NCBI GenBank assembly: GCA_016933575.1
Contig: JAFGAR010000146.1
Coordinates: 50,130-114,129 of the forward strand
Direction of reading: 5' to 3'
DNA: 64,000 nt
DNA from: Candidatus Thorarchaeota archaeon
Lineage (GTDB): Archaea > Asgardarchaeota > Thorarchaeia > Thorarchaeales > Thorarchaeaceae
The notes beneath the pieces are model-generated. The model saw nothing but the letters and a program-made list of their open reading frames with translations. It was not told where the DNA came from and ran no database searches. A program made the translations under genes and the position numbers. This document shows, in pieces, positions 17,786 through 28,064 of the stretch; position 1 is the stretch's first letter; the number at the start of each line of letters is the position of its first letter.

Positions 17786-20437
17786 GTGCCTGTCCTTCAC
17801 TGTCCAAAATGCGGGTCTCGCCTTGACTTCAAGAAAGAAGTGGGGGGTTGGTACGTCACTTGTTCATCCTGTAATATTCAAGTGATTGTGGATGGTAGTA
17901 GAAAGGACCTCTTTGATGCATATGAGGCATATTCAGAGGAAATCAAACATCAAGGTCCGCTACAGGATAGTCTAAAAGGCAAAACACGAAAGAGGAAATA
18001 TCTTGGTAGTGGGGCGGAAACATCAAGAAAGAAGGGTAAAAGAAGACTCGATCCATCCTCTCGTGTTCAATCCGAAGAAGCAATCAGTAAACTTGTAGCA
18101 GATGGTGGAGGTGATGTTGAGTCATTTCCTGATGCATTGAAGTCCCTTGTCGCCTCTGGTCGAGATTACCTAGTAAAGTATCAATATATGGCATCTACTG
18201 AGGCGGAATATGGTACTTCTGTTGACGATCTTAGCGTACCTACGCGACTGAAAGAATATTTGAAATCAAGAGGGATTTCGATACTCTACAAATTCCAGGA
18301 AGAGTCCTATAATGCAATCAACGATGGAGATGATGTAGTCATTGTTGCACCTACTGCTCAGGGTAAGACCGAAGGGTTCGTTTTGCCCATAATCCGACAA
18401 CTACTTCTGACTGTCCAAGATGCTTTTACAAATCCCGGTGTGCGAGCTCTGCTCATCTATCCTACAAAGGCTCTTGCACGAGACCAATACGATAAGATCA
18501 AACAACTTGGCAAGGCATCAGGTCTTACAGTTGCGCTCTTTGATGGAGATATCCCACAGACTGAAAGAAGTAAGCTCTATTCATCTCCTCCAGACATTCT
18601 TCTGACTAATCCTGATGTGCTTCATTATCACTTGGGTTGGATTGATTCTCGTTTGGTACCTCTTCTCCGCACTGTGAAGTTTGTTGTCTTAGATGAGATT
18701 CATCTCTACACTGGTTCCATGGGAGCGAATGTCTATTATATTCTGAAGCGCCTAGAACTCGAATCCGGTAGATTTCAGAAAATTGGAGCTTCAGCTACTG
18801 TAGCAAATCCAAAGGAATTTACAGACATTCTCTTTGATATAGAAGTAAAACTAATCGAATCGAAGGATGCAAAACGTGGTCCGATTCATTTCTTGATGTA
18901 CTATCCGGGAATGCGTAGCAAATACAGCATGATTGTTGACCTGGTCACATCAATACAGAGAGGCGATTTCAAGACCCTTGTCTTTGGAAATACCCACTCT
19001 GAGGCTGAAGTAATCAATATGTTACTTGGTGACTCTGGTGTGAAATCAATGGTCCACAGGGCTGGACTCTCAAAGAAGTATCGAAGCGATGTTGAGGATA
19101 AGTTCAGAGCTGGAGATCTACCCGTCATCGTATCGACTCCCACACTCGAACTTGGAATTGACATTGGAGACCTGAATAGTGTAGTCAGTATGATTGTCTC
19201 AATTACAAGACTGACCCAGCGCATTGGAAGAGCTGGCCGAAAGGGGCAGGAGAGTGTAGCAATTCTAGCTCTCCGTGAAAATGATCCAATCTCCTCTTTC
19301 TACAGATTTGAACCTGAGAAATATTTTACTGATATTGATGCTGCCTATACTGAGCCAGAGAATGAGGTCGTAGGCTACTACCAATTGATCGCTGCAGCCA
19401 TGAGTGGTAGATTAAAGACAACTGATTTTCCAAGACATAATCGAGTCTTAGAGAAATTAAAGGCTGATAATATACTGGATGTGTATGATAATGGAGACAT
19501 CCGTATTACTGATTTTGAGAGAGCCCAAAAAGCTTGGAGAGGGTATAGTATCCGGGGGATTGGGGATACAGTTCAGATTAGATTGGATAAACGAGGCCTA
19601 GGTGAGCGTTCCATGCCTATGGCAGCACAAGAGCTTCATCCAGGAGCCATCTATCTCCATGGAGGCAAGAACTATCTCTCTGTGGACTTCAAATACATGC
19701 CTGGTCTTGGTAGAGCTACTGTAGTACCATATACTGACCGAAGTTTCCATACGAAACCACTCTATTACACAATGCCAAAGATACTCGAGATAGTTGAACA
19801 CAGTAAGATCCTGGGCCTCAATGCGGTCTACTGTACCCTAGAAATGACACAGACTGTCTATGGTTATGTTAAAAGAGAGACCCGCAGTGGTAGAATTCTT
19901 GGTAGAACTGATTTACCAACACCATTGATCTATTCCTATCAGACAAGGGGGTTTGCATTCACTGCTCCAGAACCCGTGAAATCCGTAAACGACTATACCA
20001 CAGGAAAATATGCGGCACTTGGAGGTGGCAAGATGGGCCCCGTCGAACTCTATGGTGGGGCTTTCCATGCAGTTGAGCATGTGCTTATCGAATCGAGTAA
20101 CATGTTCACTGGTGGTGGTACTCGAGAGATTGGTGGTGTATCGATGGGTGATTCTGGCATCATCTTTGTGTATGATGGAAGCCCGGGCGGGAATGGAGCC
20201 TCTCGACTGCTCTTTGGAAAACTAGATGAGGCATTCAGAAGAACAAAGACGATACTCAAGAACTGCAACTGCAACACAATTGATGGGTGCCCACTCTGTA
20301 CGTACTCTTACTATTGTGGAAATAATAACAGCCCCCTCTTCAAGATCGGTGCACTTGAGAGTGTCGAGAAGATACTCTCATTGGATGAGACCACAGTGGA
20401 TACAGAAGGGTACGCAGGATTTGAGCCGTTAGTATAA
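17786..20437 (+). CDS. SF2 DEAH helicase of the Hrq1/YprA/SftH (DUF1998) family, with an N-terminal Zn ribbon
   Basis: APTAQGKT, YPTKALARDQ, DEIH, SAT, TLELGIDIG, QRIGRAGR, C-terminal CNC...GCPLC; start GTG 17786 after GGTGG. Confidence 0.92.
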   Translation: MPVLHCPKCGSRLDFKKEVGGWYVTCSSCNIQVIVDGSRKDLFDAYEAYSEEIKHQGPLQDSLKGKTRKRKYLGSGAETSRKKGKRRLDPSSRVQSEEAISKLVADGGGDVESFPDALKSLVASGRDYLVKYQYMASTEAEYGTSVDDLSVPTRLKEYLKSRGISILYKFQEESYNAINDGDDVVIVAPTAQGKTEGFVLPIIRQLLLTVQDAFTNPGVRALLIYPTKALARDQYDKIKQLGKASGLTVALFDGDIPQTERSKLYSSPPDILLTNPDVLHYHLGWIDSRLVPLLRTVKFVVLDEIHLYTGSMGANVYYILKRLELESGRFQKIGASATVANPKEFTDILFDIEVKLIESKDAKRGPIHFLMYYPGMRSKYSMIVDLVTSIQRGDFKTLVFGNTHSEAEVINMLLGDSGVKSMVHRAGLSKKYRSDVEDKFRAGDLPVIVSTPTLELGIDIGDLNSVVSMIVSITRLTQRIGRAGRKGQESVAILALRENDPISSFYRFEPEKYFTDIDAAYTEPENEVVGYYQLIAAAMSGRLKTTDFPRHNRVLEKLKADNILDVYDNGDIRITDFERAQKAWRGYSIRGIGDTVQIRLDKRGLGERSMPMAAQELHPGAIYLHGGKNYLSVDFKYMPGLGRATVVPYTDRSFHTKPLYYTMPKILEIVEHSKILGLNAVYCTLEMTQTVYGYVKRETRSGRILGRTDLPTPLIYSYQTRGFAFTAPEPVKSVNDYTTGKYAALGGGKMGPVELYGGAFHAVEHVLIESSNMFTGGGTREIGGVSMGDSGIIFVYDGSPGGNGASRLLFGKLDEAFRRTKTILKNCNCNTIDGCPLCTYSYYCGNNNSPLFKIGALESVEKILSLDETTVDTEGYAGFEPLV

Positions 20438-20453
20438 TGGGAGATGAAGAAGT

Positions 20454-22391
20454 TTGACAGAGTTTCGAATTGGTCGCGGACATGATGGTCCTGCAAGAAT
20501 TGGCGAGTATGTCATGGGTCCAGAAGTACTTCCAACACCAGTTCTTGCCAGTGCTTTTTCACCGCACGATAAAATGCTCTACTATTACACACTTGAAAGA
20601 ACCAGCCGAATAACATCGAAACCTAGTCTCATTTCCCTTCCCTTTGGCAAGAGCTTCGGAGAGATCAAATCAAATGAATTCACGTCAGATGATATTCTTC
20701 TTCTCCCCTCCTTGGCATCACTCTCGTACTTGGGCAGCAATTCAGGAGCTCTCTCTTTGCAATATCAACTAAGTGCACTCGATGTGATTCAGTCCTCTAT
20801 TAAGCCCTCTCAGGTCATTGTAAGAATCTTTGAGAATACAGGTCTAGAGCAGCTTCAGTCAGCCATAGACACTCTGCATTCTAGGGGGGTCCGTGGAGCC
20901 GCCTTTGCCTTTGATGGTTTATTGGGAGACTCTGATCTTGAATCTCTCTTATTGCGTAGTAAGATTCCCATGTCTTGGCTTGCTATTGCTGTTGGACGAA
21001 TTGATCCCGGAACCATACCACTCCTGTATTATCTTGGATTTGATGTAATCGATATTGGTCATGCACAGGAAGCTGCTGCAAAGCATATCCGTCTATGGCA
21101 AAATGGTTCCGAGTCTATCATTGAGGATCAGCAGCCTCGTTATTGTGCTTGTGCGAGTTGCCAAGACCTCCCTGATGCAAAATCTTCTAAGACTGTAGAA
21201 CTGCTTCAAGATCATAACATCAATGTGTATAGGTCAATCCTCTCAGAGTCTGTTGCAGCAATGAGCAACGGAAGGTTACGTTGGCTTGTTGAATCCATGA
21301 CCCATAACAGTCCTGCGCATGCCTCCATTCTCAGACGTGTTGATAGGCAGATGTATGCCTTCCTTGAGGAATTCACACCTGCTTCAGGAACTCAGATTGT
21401 CCCACTCATTGGTCCAGAATCCTACTATTCTCCAGCTGTGCAGAGGTTTAGAGAGAACGTAGTGACTCGATACATGCCTCCTGCAGAAAAACGGATTGTG
21501 CTTCTTCTTCCATGCTCAGCTAAGAAACCATATTCGGACTCAAAATCTCATAGACGGTTTCTTGAAACTCTGGAGGCTTCCTTAGGCAATGCTACTTCTC
21601 ATGTTGCTCAAGTCATTCTCACCTCACCCCTTGGTCTTGTTCCTCGAGAACTAGAGCGAATATTTCCTGCAGCGAATTATGACATTCCAGTAACAGGTGA
21701 ATGGGATACGGAAGAAACGACTATCGCGGCTGATGCACTAATCACTCATCTAAAGAAATTCTCCCAAGATGTTGTCATTGTAGCTCATGTATCTGGTGGA
21801 TATCTGGGAATTGTAAATACCGCAGAGGATAGTATCTCGCATAGTATCATCTATACGAGTCCAGACACTTCTCCCACCAGTCGTGAGTCTAGAAATGCTC
21901 TCTATGAGACACTTACAGACATGAAGACAGTCCTTGAACTTGGCAGTAAACCATCCCGAGTCCTTGAGGAGATTGTACGGGCTACAGCAGACTTTCAATT
22001 TGGTAGAGGCGCAGGAGATCTTCTTGTTCCTGAAAATGCGCGACTTAAAGGGAAAGTGTACAGACAGATATTGTGTCGTATTGGTAACGAGCAGGTCTGT
22101 TCATTTATTGCTGACTCAGGTCTATTATCGCTCACATTAGATGGAGCAAAACGACTAGCACAACTTGGACACTATTGGGTCAGACTTGATGCTCATGTTG
22201 TCAAGGGTGGCTCTGTCTTTGCTGTGGGTGTGCAGGAGGCTGATACATCGATACGACCCGGTGATGAAGTCATAATTTTCAACAATAACGATGAGGTGAT
22301 AGCTGTGGGTCGAAGTGAGATGTCAGGTCGCGAAATGTGTGAACTAGAACGAGGAAGAGCTGTAAGCATTCGCCACAAATTGGAGGGTTGA
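20454..22391 (+). CDS. arcS: Archaeosine synthase alpha subunit (ArcS/TgtA2) with PUA domain
   Basis: HDGPARIG, YLGFD, LLPCSAKKPYS.SKSH, TSPLG.VPRELE...P...YDIPVTG.W, C-terminal PUA. Confidence 0.9.
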   Translation: MTEFRIGRGHDGPARIGEYVMGPEVLPTPVLASAFSPHDKMLYYYTLERTSRITSKPSLISLPFGKSFGEIKSNEFTSDDILLLPSLASLSYLGSNSGALSLQYQLSALDVIQSSIKPSQVIVRIFENTGLEQLQSAIDTLHSRGVRGAAFAFDGLLGDSDLESLLLRSKIPMSWLAIAVGRIDPGTIPLLYYLGFDVIDIGHAQEAAAKHIRLWQNGSESIIEDQQPRYCACASCQDLPDAKSSKTVELLQDHNINVYRSILSESVAAMSNGRLRWLVESMTHNSPAHASILRRVDRQMYAFLEEFTPASGTQIVPLIGPESYYSPAVQRFRENVVTRYMPPAEKRIVLLLPCSAKKPYSDSKSHRRFLETLEASLGNATSHVAQVILTSPLGLVPRELERIFPAANYDIPVTGEWDTEETTIAADALITHLKKFSQDVVIVAHVSGGYLGIVNTAEDSISHSIIYTSPDTSPTSRESRNALYETLTDMKTVLELGSKPSRVLEEIVRATADFQFGRGAGDLLVPENARLKGKVYRQILCRIGNEQVCSFIADSGLLSLTLDGAKRLAQLGHYWVRLDAHVVKGGSVFAVGVQEADTSIRPGDEVIIFNNNDEVIAVGRSEMSGREMCELERGRAVSIRHKLEG

Positions 22392-22393
22392 GA

Positions 22394-23476
22394 ATGAATT
22401 CACCATTAGAACAGATTCATGATGCAATACGGCATGCAACTGTGCATGCACGAGGCCAATCGATTAATAGACGAAAAGCACGAGATCCTACTAGACCAGC
22501 GGCAGCATGGGTTGCACCAGGGCGAATCGGTCAAGACCAAGGAAAAGCTCTCTCAATTGTTCTCTCCACAATTGGTTGTGCTCATGCCAGAAGTGATGAG
22601 GGCGGTTGCACAATGTGTAGTTATCTCTTGGATGGTTCGAGCACTAGTCCATCCTCTGAGGACTTCTATAATCAGTTTCAGACTGCGATGGCCAAGCTTG
22701 ATGGCTTACCTGCACCTCTGTCAGTGAAGATTTACACTAGCGGGAGTTTTCTTGACGAAAGCGAAATTCCTATTGAAGCCAGAAACAAAATCCTAGGAGA
22801 TCTCTCAAGCGACACTCGAATTAGGGAGGTTGTTCTTGAGTCACGCCCTGAATACATAGAGGAGTCCACTATGATGCATATTCGAGAGACCCTAGGAGAT
22901 CGAATTGTAGAGCTCGGTATTGGTCTTGAGAGCAGTAATGACACTGTGAGGTTTCTATGCATCAACAAGAACTTCGACCTGAAGTCCTTCAAAGAGTCTG
23001 TCCAGTCTGCCAAGAACCATGATATTGGAATCCGAGCCTATGTCCTCCTAAAACCTCCATTTCTCACAGAACAATCTGCTCTCATCGATGCGCAAAACAC
23101 TGTGACAGATGCTATCTTCATGGGTGTGACCACAATATCGTTGAATCCTGTAAACGTGCAACGAAATACCCTGGTCGAGACCCTTTGGGAAAAGGGCAAA
23201 TTCAGACCCCCTTGGTTATGGAGTGTTGTTGAGGTACTGCGCCATGCACATGAGTCTGCAAAAGGAAAAGTCAATGTAGTATGTGACCCTGTAGCTGCGG
23301 GAAAGATACGTGGAACCCATAACTGTGGAAAGTGCGATTCTGCAGTGGTTGAAGCAATCAGAGCCTTTTCACTGACCCAAGATGTGCATGTATTTGATAA
23401 TCTGGACTGCGACTGCAAAACTCTCTGGAAACACACTCTTGAACACGAGGATATATCCCTTGTAATCCATAAGTGA
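22394..23476 (+). CDS. Archaeosine biosynthesis radical SAM enzyme RaSEA
   Basis: GC..A....GGCTMC, KIYTSGSFLD, ESRPE, YVLLKPPFL, RPPWLWS, RGTHNCGKC; directly follows arcS. Confidence 0.9.
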   Translation: MNSPLEQIHDAIRHATVHARGQSINRRKARDPTRPAAAWVAPGRIGQDQGKALSIVLSTIGCAHARSDEGGCTMCSYLLDGSSTSPSSEDFYNQFQTAMAKLDGLPAPLSVKIYTSGSFLDESEIPIEARNKILGDLSSDTRIREVVLESRPEYIEESTMMHIRETLGDRIVELGIGLESSNDTVRFLCINKNFDLKSFKESVQSAKNHDIGIRAYVLLKPPFLTEQSALIDAQNTVTDAIFMGVTTISLNPVNVQRNTLVETLWEKGKFRPPWLWSVVEVLRHAHESAKGKVNVVCDPVAAGKIRGTHNCGKCDSAVVEAIRAFSLTQDVHVFDNLDCDCKTLWKHTLEHEDISLVIHK

Positions 23477-23554
23477 TGCCAAATCACCACATAGTAAAAG
23501 TCATATGTCAAGTGCAGAGGGTTGCCTTTGTATACCGTAGTGAGGTTGTCATCT

Positions 23555-23908
23555 ATGTCTAGATATATCACGAGTGTTCAAGTCTGGTTTTACAGTGAAG
23601 GAGCATCACCATCACAGGTTATGAAGAAACTACTAGAATTAGGATTCCGGCCTGTAAGAGGCGCTTATGATTTCATATACGAACATAAAGACCCTAACAT
23701 GTCCAATGGTGATCTTAGTACTGCGATTGTAGAGATAGCTGATGCAATCCACAAGACTCTAACTGGTTTTCGTGTCCTATACACATTAGACACCCACGAA
23801 ATGGATGCGGATGATGAAACAGACTACATTCCGCTTGACGATATCGATGCGGAGCTCGAAGAAACAAGAAAAGAACTCGAGAGTATTGAGAAAGAAAAGC
23901 ATGAATAA
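23555..23908 (+). CDS. Hypothetical protein (probably a conserved archaeal family)
   Basis: VWFYSEGASPS.V..KL..LGF.PVRG.YDF pattern; GAGGT RBS. Confidence 0.7.
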   Translation: MSRYITSVQVWFYSEGASPSQVMKKLLELGFRPVRGAYDFIYEHKDPNMSNGDLSTAIVEIADAIHKTLTGFRVLYTLDTHEMDADDETDYIPLDDIDAELEETRKELESIEKEKHE

Positions 23909-23919
23909 TCCTGGAATAA

Positions 23920-23941
23920 GCAGCGGATTCATCTCCGCTGC
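23920..23941. terminator. Hairpin between convergent genes
   Basis: GCAGCGGA-TTCATC-TCCGCTGC. Confidence 0.5.
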
Positions 23942-23960
23942 CTCTATCCATTAGGTTAGC

Positions 23961-25748
23961 CTATAAAGAGGTCACTTCAGGTTCTCGGCGTTCGTACTCG
24001 CCCTCGCCTTGGACAGTAACTCTGATTTTCTTACTGTCTCCCGGATTCATGCGAGTCCAATTCCAGACCATGTTTGTACCACCAGAAAATTCCTTGATCT
24101 CTGGCTGGTCATCTTCAGGGTCTGTTGAAATATACTCAAAGCCTGCTGGTATCCAATCAGTCATCTGAATGTTCTCAGCAGTGACCTCACCATTGTTTGA
24201 TACAACCAGCACAATGAGATACTCGCCAGCTCCAGATCCCTTATTTATAGCCTTCTTTGTGGAGATAGCACGTTTCTTGTAGATCACCCCAAGTTTGTGA
24301 CCATCTTCAGGACTAGCAACCTCAACTGGGAGCCCTGCGGGATAGGTATTGCCATAGCAGGCGATTGGTGCTGGGTACTCTTTCTCTGGTCTGTTTCTCC
24401 AGGCCATTATTGCAAAATTGATTTTTACACTCTCACCTGGTTCAAGCTCACCTACAGAATCCTTCAAAGATTCAAGTTTGAAAGTCAGATTATGTTTCTT
24501 CTCAGGATTCTGATCATCTGGGTCTATTACAAATTCATAGGGCCCGGTGTATTTCTCTCCACGGACCCATATTGAGATGTGTTCACTGGTTGGTGGCATT
24601 ACATCATCAGGAATGACATCATGAATCTCAATCTCATTGAGGCGCGCGGTGCCATTATTCTTCACTTCGATGGTCACCTCGACAGGTGTCTTATCAAAAC
24701 TATTTACAGAAGGCGGGTCAAATGTCTTCACATAGTCAATACTGTAACAGGGGACTTCTTGAGGAGTCTTTTCAATTGTGCCTAAGACTCGCTTGATGAC
24801 TGCATTTACTGGTGTGTAAAGAAGTTCCTGTGTACACTTGGGAGTTTCCTTACTAGAGACAGAGAAAGAGGCTGACCATTCTTGATCTGGTCCCAGTTCG
24901 ATGCTTGGTGCTGCATCAATCATTTTCTTTTTCTCACCACCACTTTCTGGTGTTAGGAAGACCTCTGCCTTGTCAAGTCGTACGATTAGATCACTCTCAT
25001 TACTGCATTCAAGGGTGCAATCCCATTGATTTGGTTCAGTTTCAGCAGTTTCAATTCCAGTGAGAAATTCAGTCAGTGCAGTAAGATCTGGATCCAAAAC
25101 TGATCTCTGTTGTCCTTCACCTTTGTAGCTCAGGACTATTTCACCTGCACTCTTTGGTTGCGTATCGTCTATTTGACCAGTGGCTCCGATGACAAGGGTG
25201 CTCTCTTCTCGTGGGTACACAACAAAATCCTTCCAGACCAATTGTTTGGTTCCTTCATCATACTCTGCCTTCCCAGATTTGGCAGATAGAATTTCAATAT
25301 TGGAAAGTTCTGCTGGAATGGTCTTGTTGAGAATGATGCTATCTATTTCTCCATCCGTTTCGTTTTTGATAGTGAGTGTAATTTTTACAGGGTTTTCTTT
25401 TCCAATTACATAAGCCCAGTGTGGAGCATCAGTTTCAATCTTACCACATGTATCGAAGACTTCTGTAAGTGTAACAATTGGAGCATCAACAGTTACCTTG
25501 TATCCGCTCTCCCATTTACCACCTACATCAATCTCTCCAGCTGAGAGCGTATCTTCGCTAATATCTGTCGTACCTCGTGAATCACCAAGATGTACTCTGA
25601 CATTCCAGATGCGGCTCTTCTCAGACACATTGATGACACTCAGGACACCTGATACATCAACGCTCTCGAGCTCGCTCGAACCTCTAAGAGTGGTCTTTTC
25701 AGATTCTTCGAGGTCGATTATTACTTTCTTCTTCATATTCTCACTCAT
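23961..25748 (-). CDS. Acidic all-beta multidomain protein with repeated Ig/DUF11-like sandwiches; N-terminus resembles a mu-homology domain
   Basis: Repeated V.I.V.N.G......I...D.IP....W....PG-type motifs; no signal peptide or TM helix. Confidence 0.65.
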   Translation of the reverse strand: MSENMKKKVIIDLEESEKTTLRGSSELESVDVSGVLSVINVSEKSRIWNVRVHLGDSRGTTDISEDTLSAGEIDVGGKWESGYKVTVDAPIVTLTEVFDTCGKIETDAPHWAYVIGKENPVKITLTIKNETDGEIDSIILNKTIPAELSNIEILSAKSGKAEYDEGTKQLVWKDFVVYPREESTLVIGATGQIDDTQPKSAGEIVLSYKGEGQQRSVLDPDLTALTEFLTGIETAETEPNQWDCTLECSNESDLIVRLDKAEVFLTPESGGEKKKMIDAAPSIELGPDQEWSASFSVSSKETPKCTQELLYTPVNAVIKRVLGTIEKTPQEVPCYSIDYVKTFDPPSVNSFDKTPVEVTIEVKNNGTARLNEIEIHDVIPDDVMPPTSEHISIWVRGEKYTGPYEFVIDPDDQNPEKKHNLTFKLESLKDSVGELEPGESVKINFAIMAWRNRPEKEYPAPIACYGNTYPAGLPVEVASPEDGHKLGVIYKKRAISTKKAINKGSGAGEYLIVLVVSNNGEVTAENIQMTDWIPAGFEYISTDPEDDQPEIKEFSGGTNMVWNWTRMNPGDSKKIRVTVQGEGEYERREPEVTSL

Positions 25749-25823
25749 CAATTATACACCCTTTGTCAATTATTTCCTAGTTAGGGAATTTACTGGCTTC
25801 CGTATAAGCTCAAACGGAGAATA

Positions 25824-26537
25824 TCAGTTTAGCTCGTATCGAAACTCATTACCCGCGGCCCATTGCACTGTAAGAACTTGATTCGGTTCCATCACAACTG
25901 GTTTGGTTCCCTGTCCAAATTGCTCTACATATTTTGAGAACTTTATTGGTTGATCGTCGGCAGTCCATCGCATTGGTATCCCAATACGCGGTTTCGCATC
26001 AATACATAGGCTTACAGCGTCTTTTACTGGGAAAGTCACTTTGCCTCCAATTGGAGCAATGAGAATATCCATCTCTAGTTGTTCAAATGGCCCACGAATG
26101 GTAGTATCGCCAAGATACCCTACCTTCATTCCTCCCATCTCAATAATGAGACCGAGGTTTTCCATCCGTGCTCCTGTATCCTCATTGATTCTTGCTAGAG
26201 CATATGGAGTAATCCGTACATCGGGAATCTCATAGGGCACTTCTGCCTCCAGAACATGGAGAAGCCAAGGCTTTACGCCCTGTTCAGTAGCCTTCTCAGC
26301 TGCTTCTTTATTTCCGAGGAACCACGCCTTTGAGTTGACTGCAATTGTAGCGGCATTACCAATAGCATCATCTGCGCTATTTGTAGCTATCACTACTCTT
26401 GGAATGAAATCATCTGGAACAACTGGTGTGTCATTCCATATTCCTGGATTCAATAGAATCTTTATTTCTTTAGACTCCAATACAAATGTTGTATATCCAA
26501 AGTAGGTGATACTTAGCAAACGATCACTTCCCGTCAA
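25824..26537 (-). CDS. MBL-fold (UPF0173-like) protein lacking the His metal ligands
   Basis: YFGYTTF, ATNSADDA (for THxHxDH), YLGDT, PIGG, IPMRW. Confidence 0.75.
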   Translation of the reverse strand: MTGSDRLLSITYFGYTTFVLESKEIKILLNPGIWNDTPVVPDDFIPRVVIATNSADDAIGNAATIAVNSKAWFLGNKEAAEKATEQGVKPWLLHVLEAEVPYEIPDVRITPYALARINEDTGARMENLGLIIEMGGMKVGYLGDTTIRGPFEQLEMDILIAPIGGKVTFPVKDAVSLCIDAKPRIGIPMRWTADDQPIKFSKYVEQFGQGTKPVVMEPNQVLTVQWAAGNEFRYELN

Positions 26538-26753
26538 AGCTCACTAGCACGGTCTAGCCAGAGTCACTGTTGCTATGAAATCGATGTGCTAGTTACTTAA
26601 AAGGAAATTGCGAATCTATGCTGTTTTTGGCTCTCGCGAGGCGCTATTACAAGCAACTCATATTGGTCGAGTGCTACCTTTTTATGATTCCGCTTGCACA
26701 CAGATATGTTGGTGTGAGTGCCTTTCCTATCTTAGTGGAGTGATTTAGATTCT

Positions 26754-28046
26754 ATGCTTGAGAAGATTCTCACTGAAAAGTTCAGAAATACACTGAGACT
26801 GGTCTTTTCAGATATTAATAATCAACAAGATAGAAGAGACGAAGAAGAGTTTGCCAAAGACGAAGTCCGGATTAAGGAGAAATTACTAGATACAATCGAC
26901 CCATATCGCTCTGATATCATATTGGATGAAGACTTCTTAGTTGCAGCCATAGACGGATCTGGAACTGACAGTCTTGTAGTTCTTGATGATATCCGTGTTC
27001 ATTTATTGAGTACATCCACTGTTGTTTTGAGTACAAATACTGCTAGTGAGCAGTTTTTCTCTCCAATCGATAGAACCAGGCTTGAAGAAGAGCTCGGAGA
27101 ACAGCCCCATATCGATGCACATTGGCACTCTGGTGTCCGAGGTGATGCCAGAAACAAGATGGCTGAGTCTTTGAGTTCTATCTACCCTCTGAAAGACCCT
27201 ATTGATCTTGTTCTTCCTTTCTTTCGCGATTATACAGGGAATAAAATCCGATCTTTTACTGATTTTGCTGAATCTGAATATATGCAATATGCAGAGAAGT
27301 TACGTGGTATGGAATCGCTCATCACACGAGAACAGGTACTGACAAACGTGTTAGTTCATGATGAGTTGAGAAAATGCAGTGAATATGCGGCAACACGACG
27401 ACTTTTGAACAGTGATATCCAAACAAAATACATTCTGCTGGACGGAGCAATGTCTGTATTCATGCACTTTGTAAGACACTATCCATCAATGCCTACTGGT
27501 TTCATGCTCAGAGACCTCTGTGCATTAGCACGTCAAAAAGGCGTGATTCTCTGCGCGGTCAGTAAGAATCATACAATTCCATTTGCACATCGAATTGCTA
27601 AGATGGCAAAGGATGTGCTGGGCGATGGAGCCAAGTGGTTCTGCCATCTTCCATGCAAAGATGACCCTGGCGGTGGGCTCCATATCATTGAGGAAAGAAC
27701 GTATATTCCACCAATGCTTGCGGTTCCCTATCTCTTTAGTTTTTCACGTGACAACAGACCATCTAGAATTGATTTTGACAGAATCTGGTGGTTGAAGAAC
27801 ATCTTTGTTGATGGTGACCCACAAGCAACTCGCGAGAACGAAAAGGCTCTCTTCAGAGAGATCGAATTCATGTCCAGAGACGCTCGCTGGTACGGTTATC
27901 CAGTCCCATTAGCCTTGGCGCATGAAAGCTGCAAATTGAGTTATGAAGACCTTCGACTAGCAAAAGAGATTGTGCGAGATGTACGTCAGGAATTGGGATT
28001 AGATGATAGGAAGACAGACTCTTACCGAGCTGATTACAATTTATGA
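26754..28046 (+). CDS. nurA: NurA-family 5'-3' nuclease
   Basis: AAIDGS, ILLDGA, VSK, YGYPVPLALAHE; first gene of the HerA-Mre11-Rad50 operon. Confidence 0.85.
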   Translation: MLEKILTEKFRNTLRLVFSDINNQQDRRDEEEFAKDEVRIKEKLLDTIDPYRSDIILDEDFLVAAIDGSGTDSLVVLDDIRVHLLSTSTVVLSTNTASEQFFSPIDRTRLEEELGEQPHIDAHWHSGVRGDARNKMAESLSSIYPLKDPIDLVLPFFRDYTGNKIRSFTDFAESEYMQYAEKLRGMESLITREQVLTNVLVHDELRKCSEYAATRRLLNSDIQTKYILLDGAMSVFMHFVRHYPSMPTGFMLRDLCALARQKGVILCAVSKNHTIPFAHRIAKMAKDVLGDGAKWFCHLPCKDDPGGGLHIIEERTYIPPMLAVPYLFSFSRDNRPSRIDFDRIWWLKNIFVDGDPQATRENEKALFREIEFMSRDARWYGYPVPLALAHESCKLSYEDLRLAKEIVRDVRQELGLDDRKTDSYRADYNL

Positions 28047-28064
28047 TGATTTGAGGAGATACAA

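Noticed and set aside
17786-20437. DUF1998 helicase as a DISARM/Druantia-type defence component
   Set aside because: No partner defence genes; it sits upstream of tRNA-modification genes like a housekeeping Hrq1-type helicase
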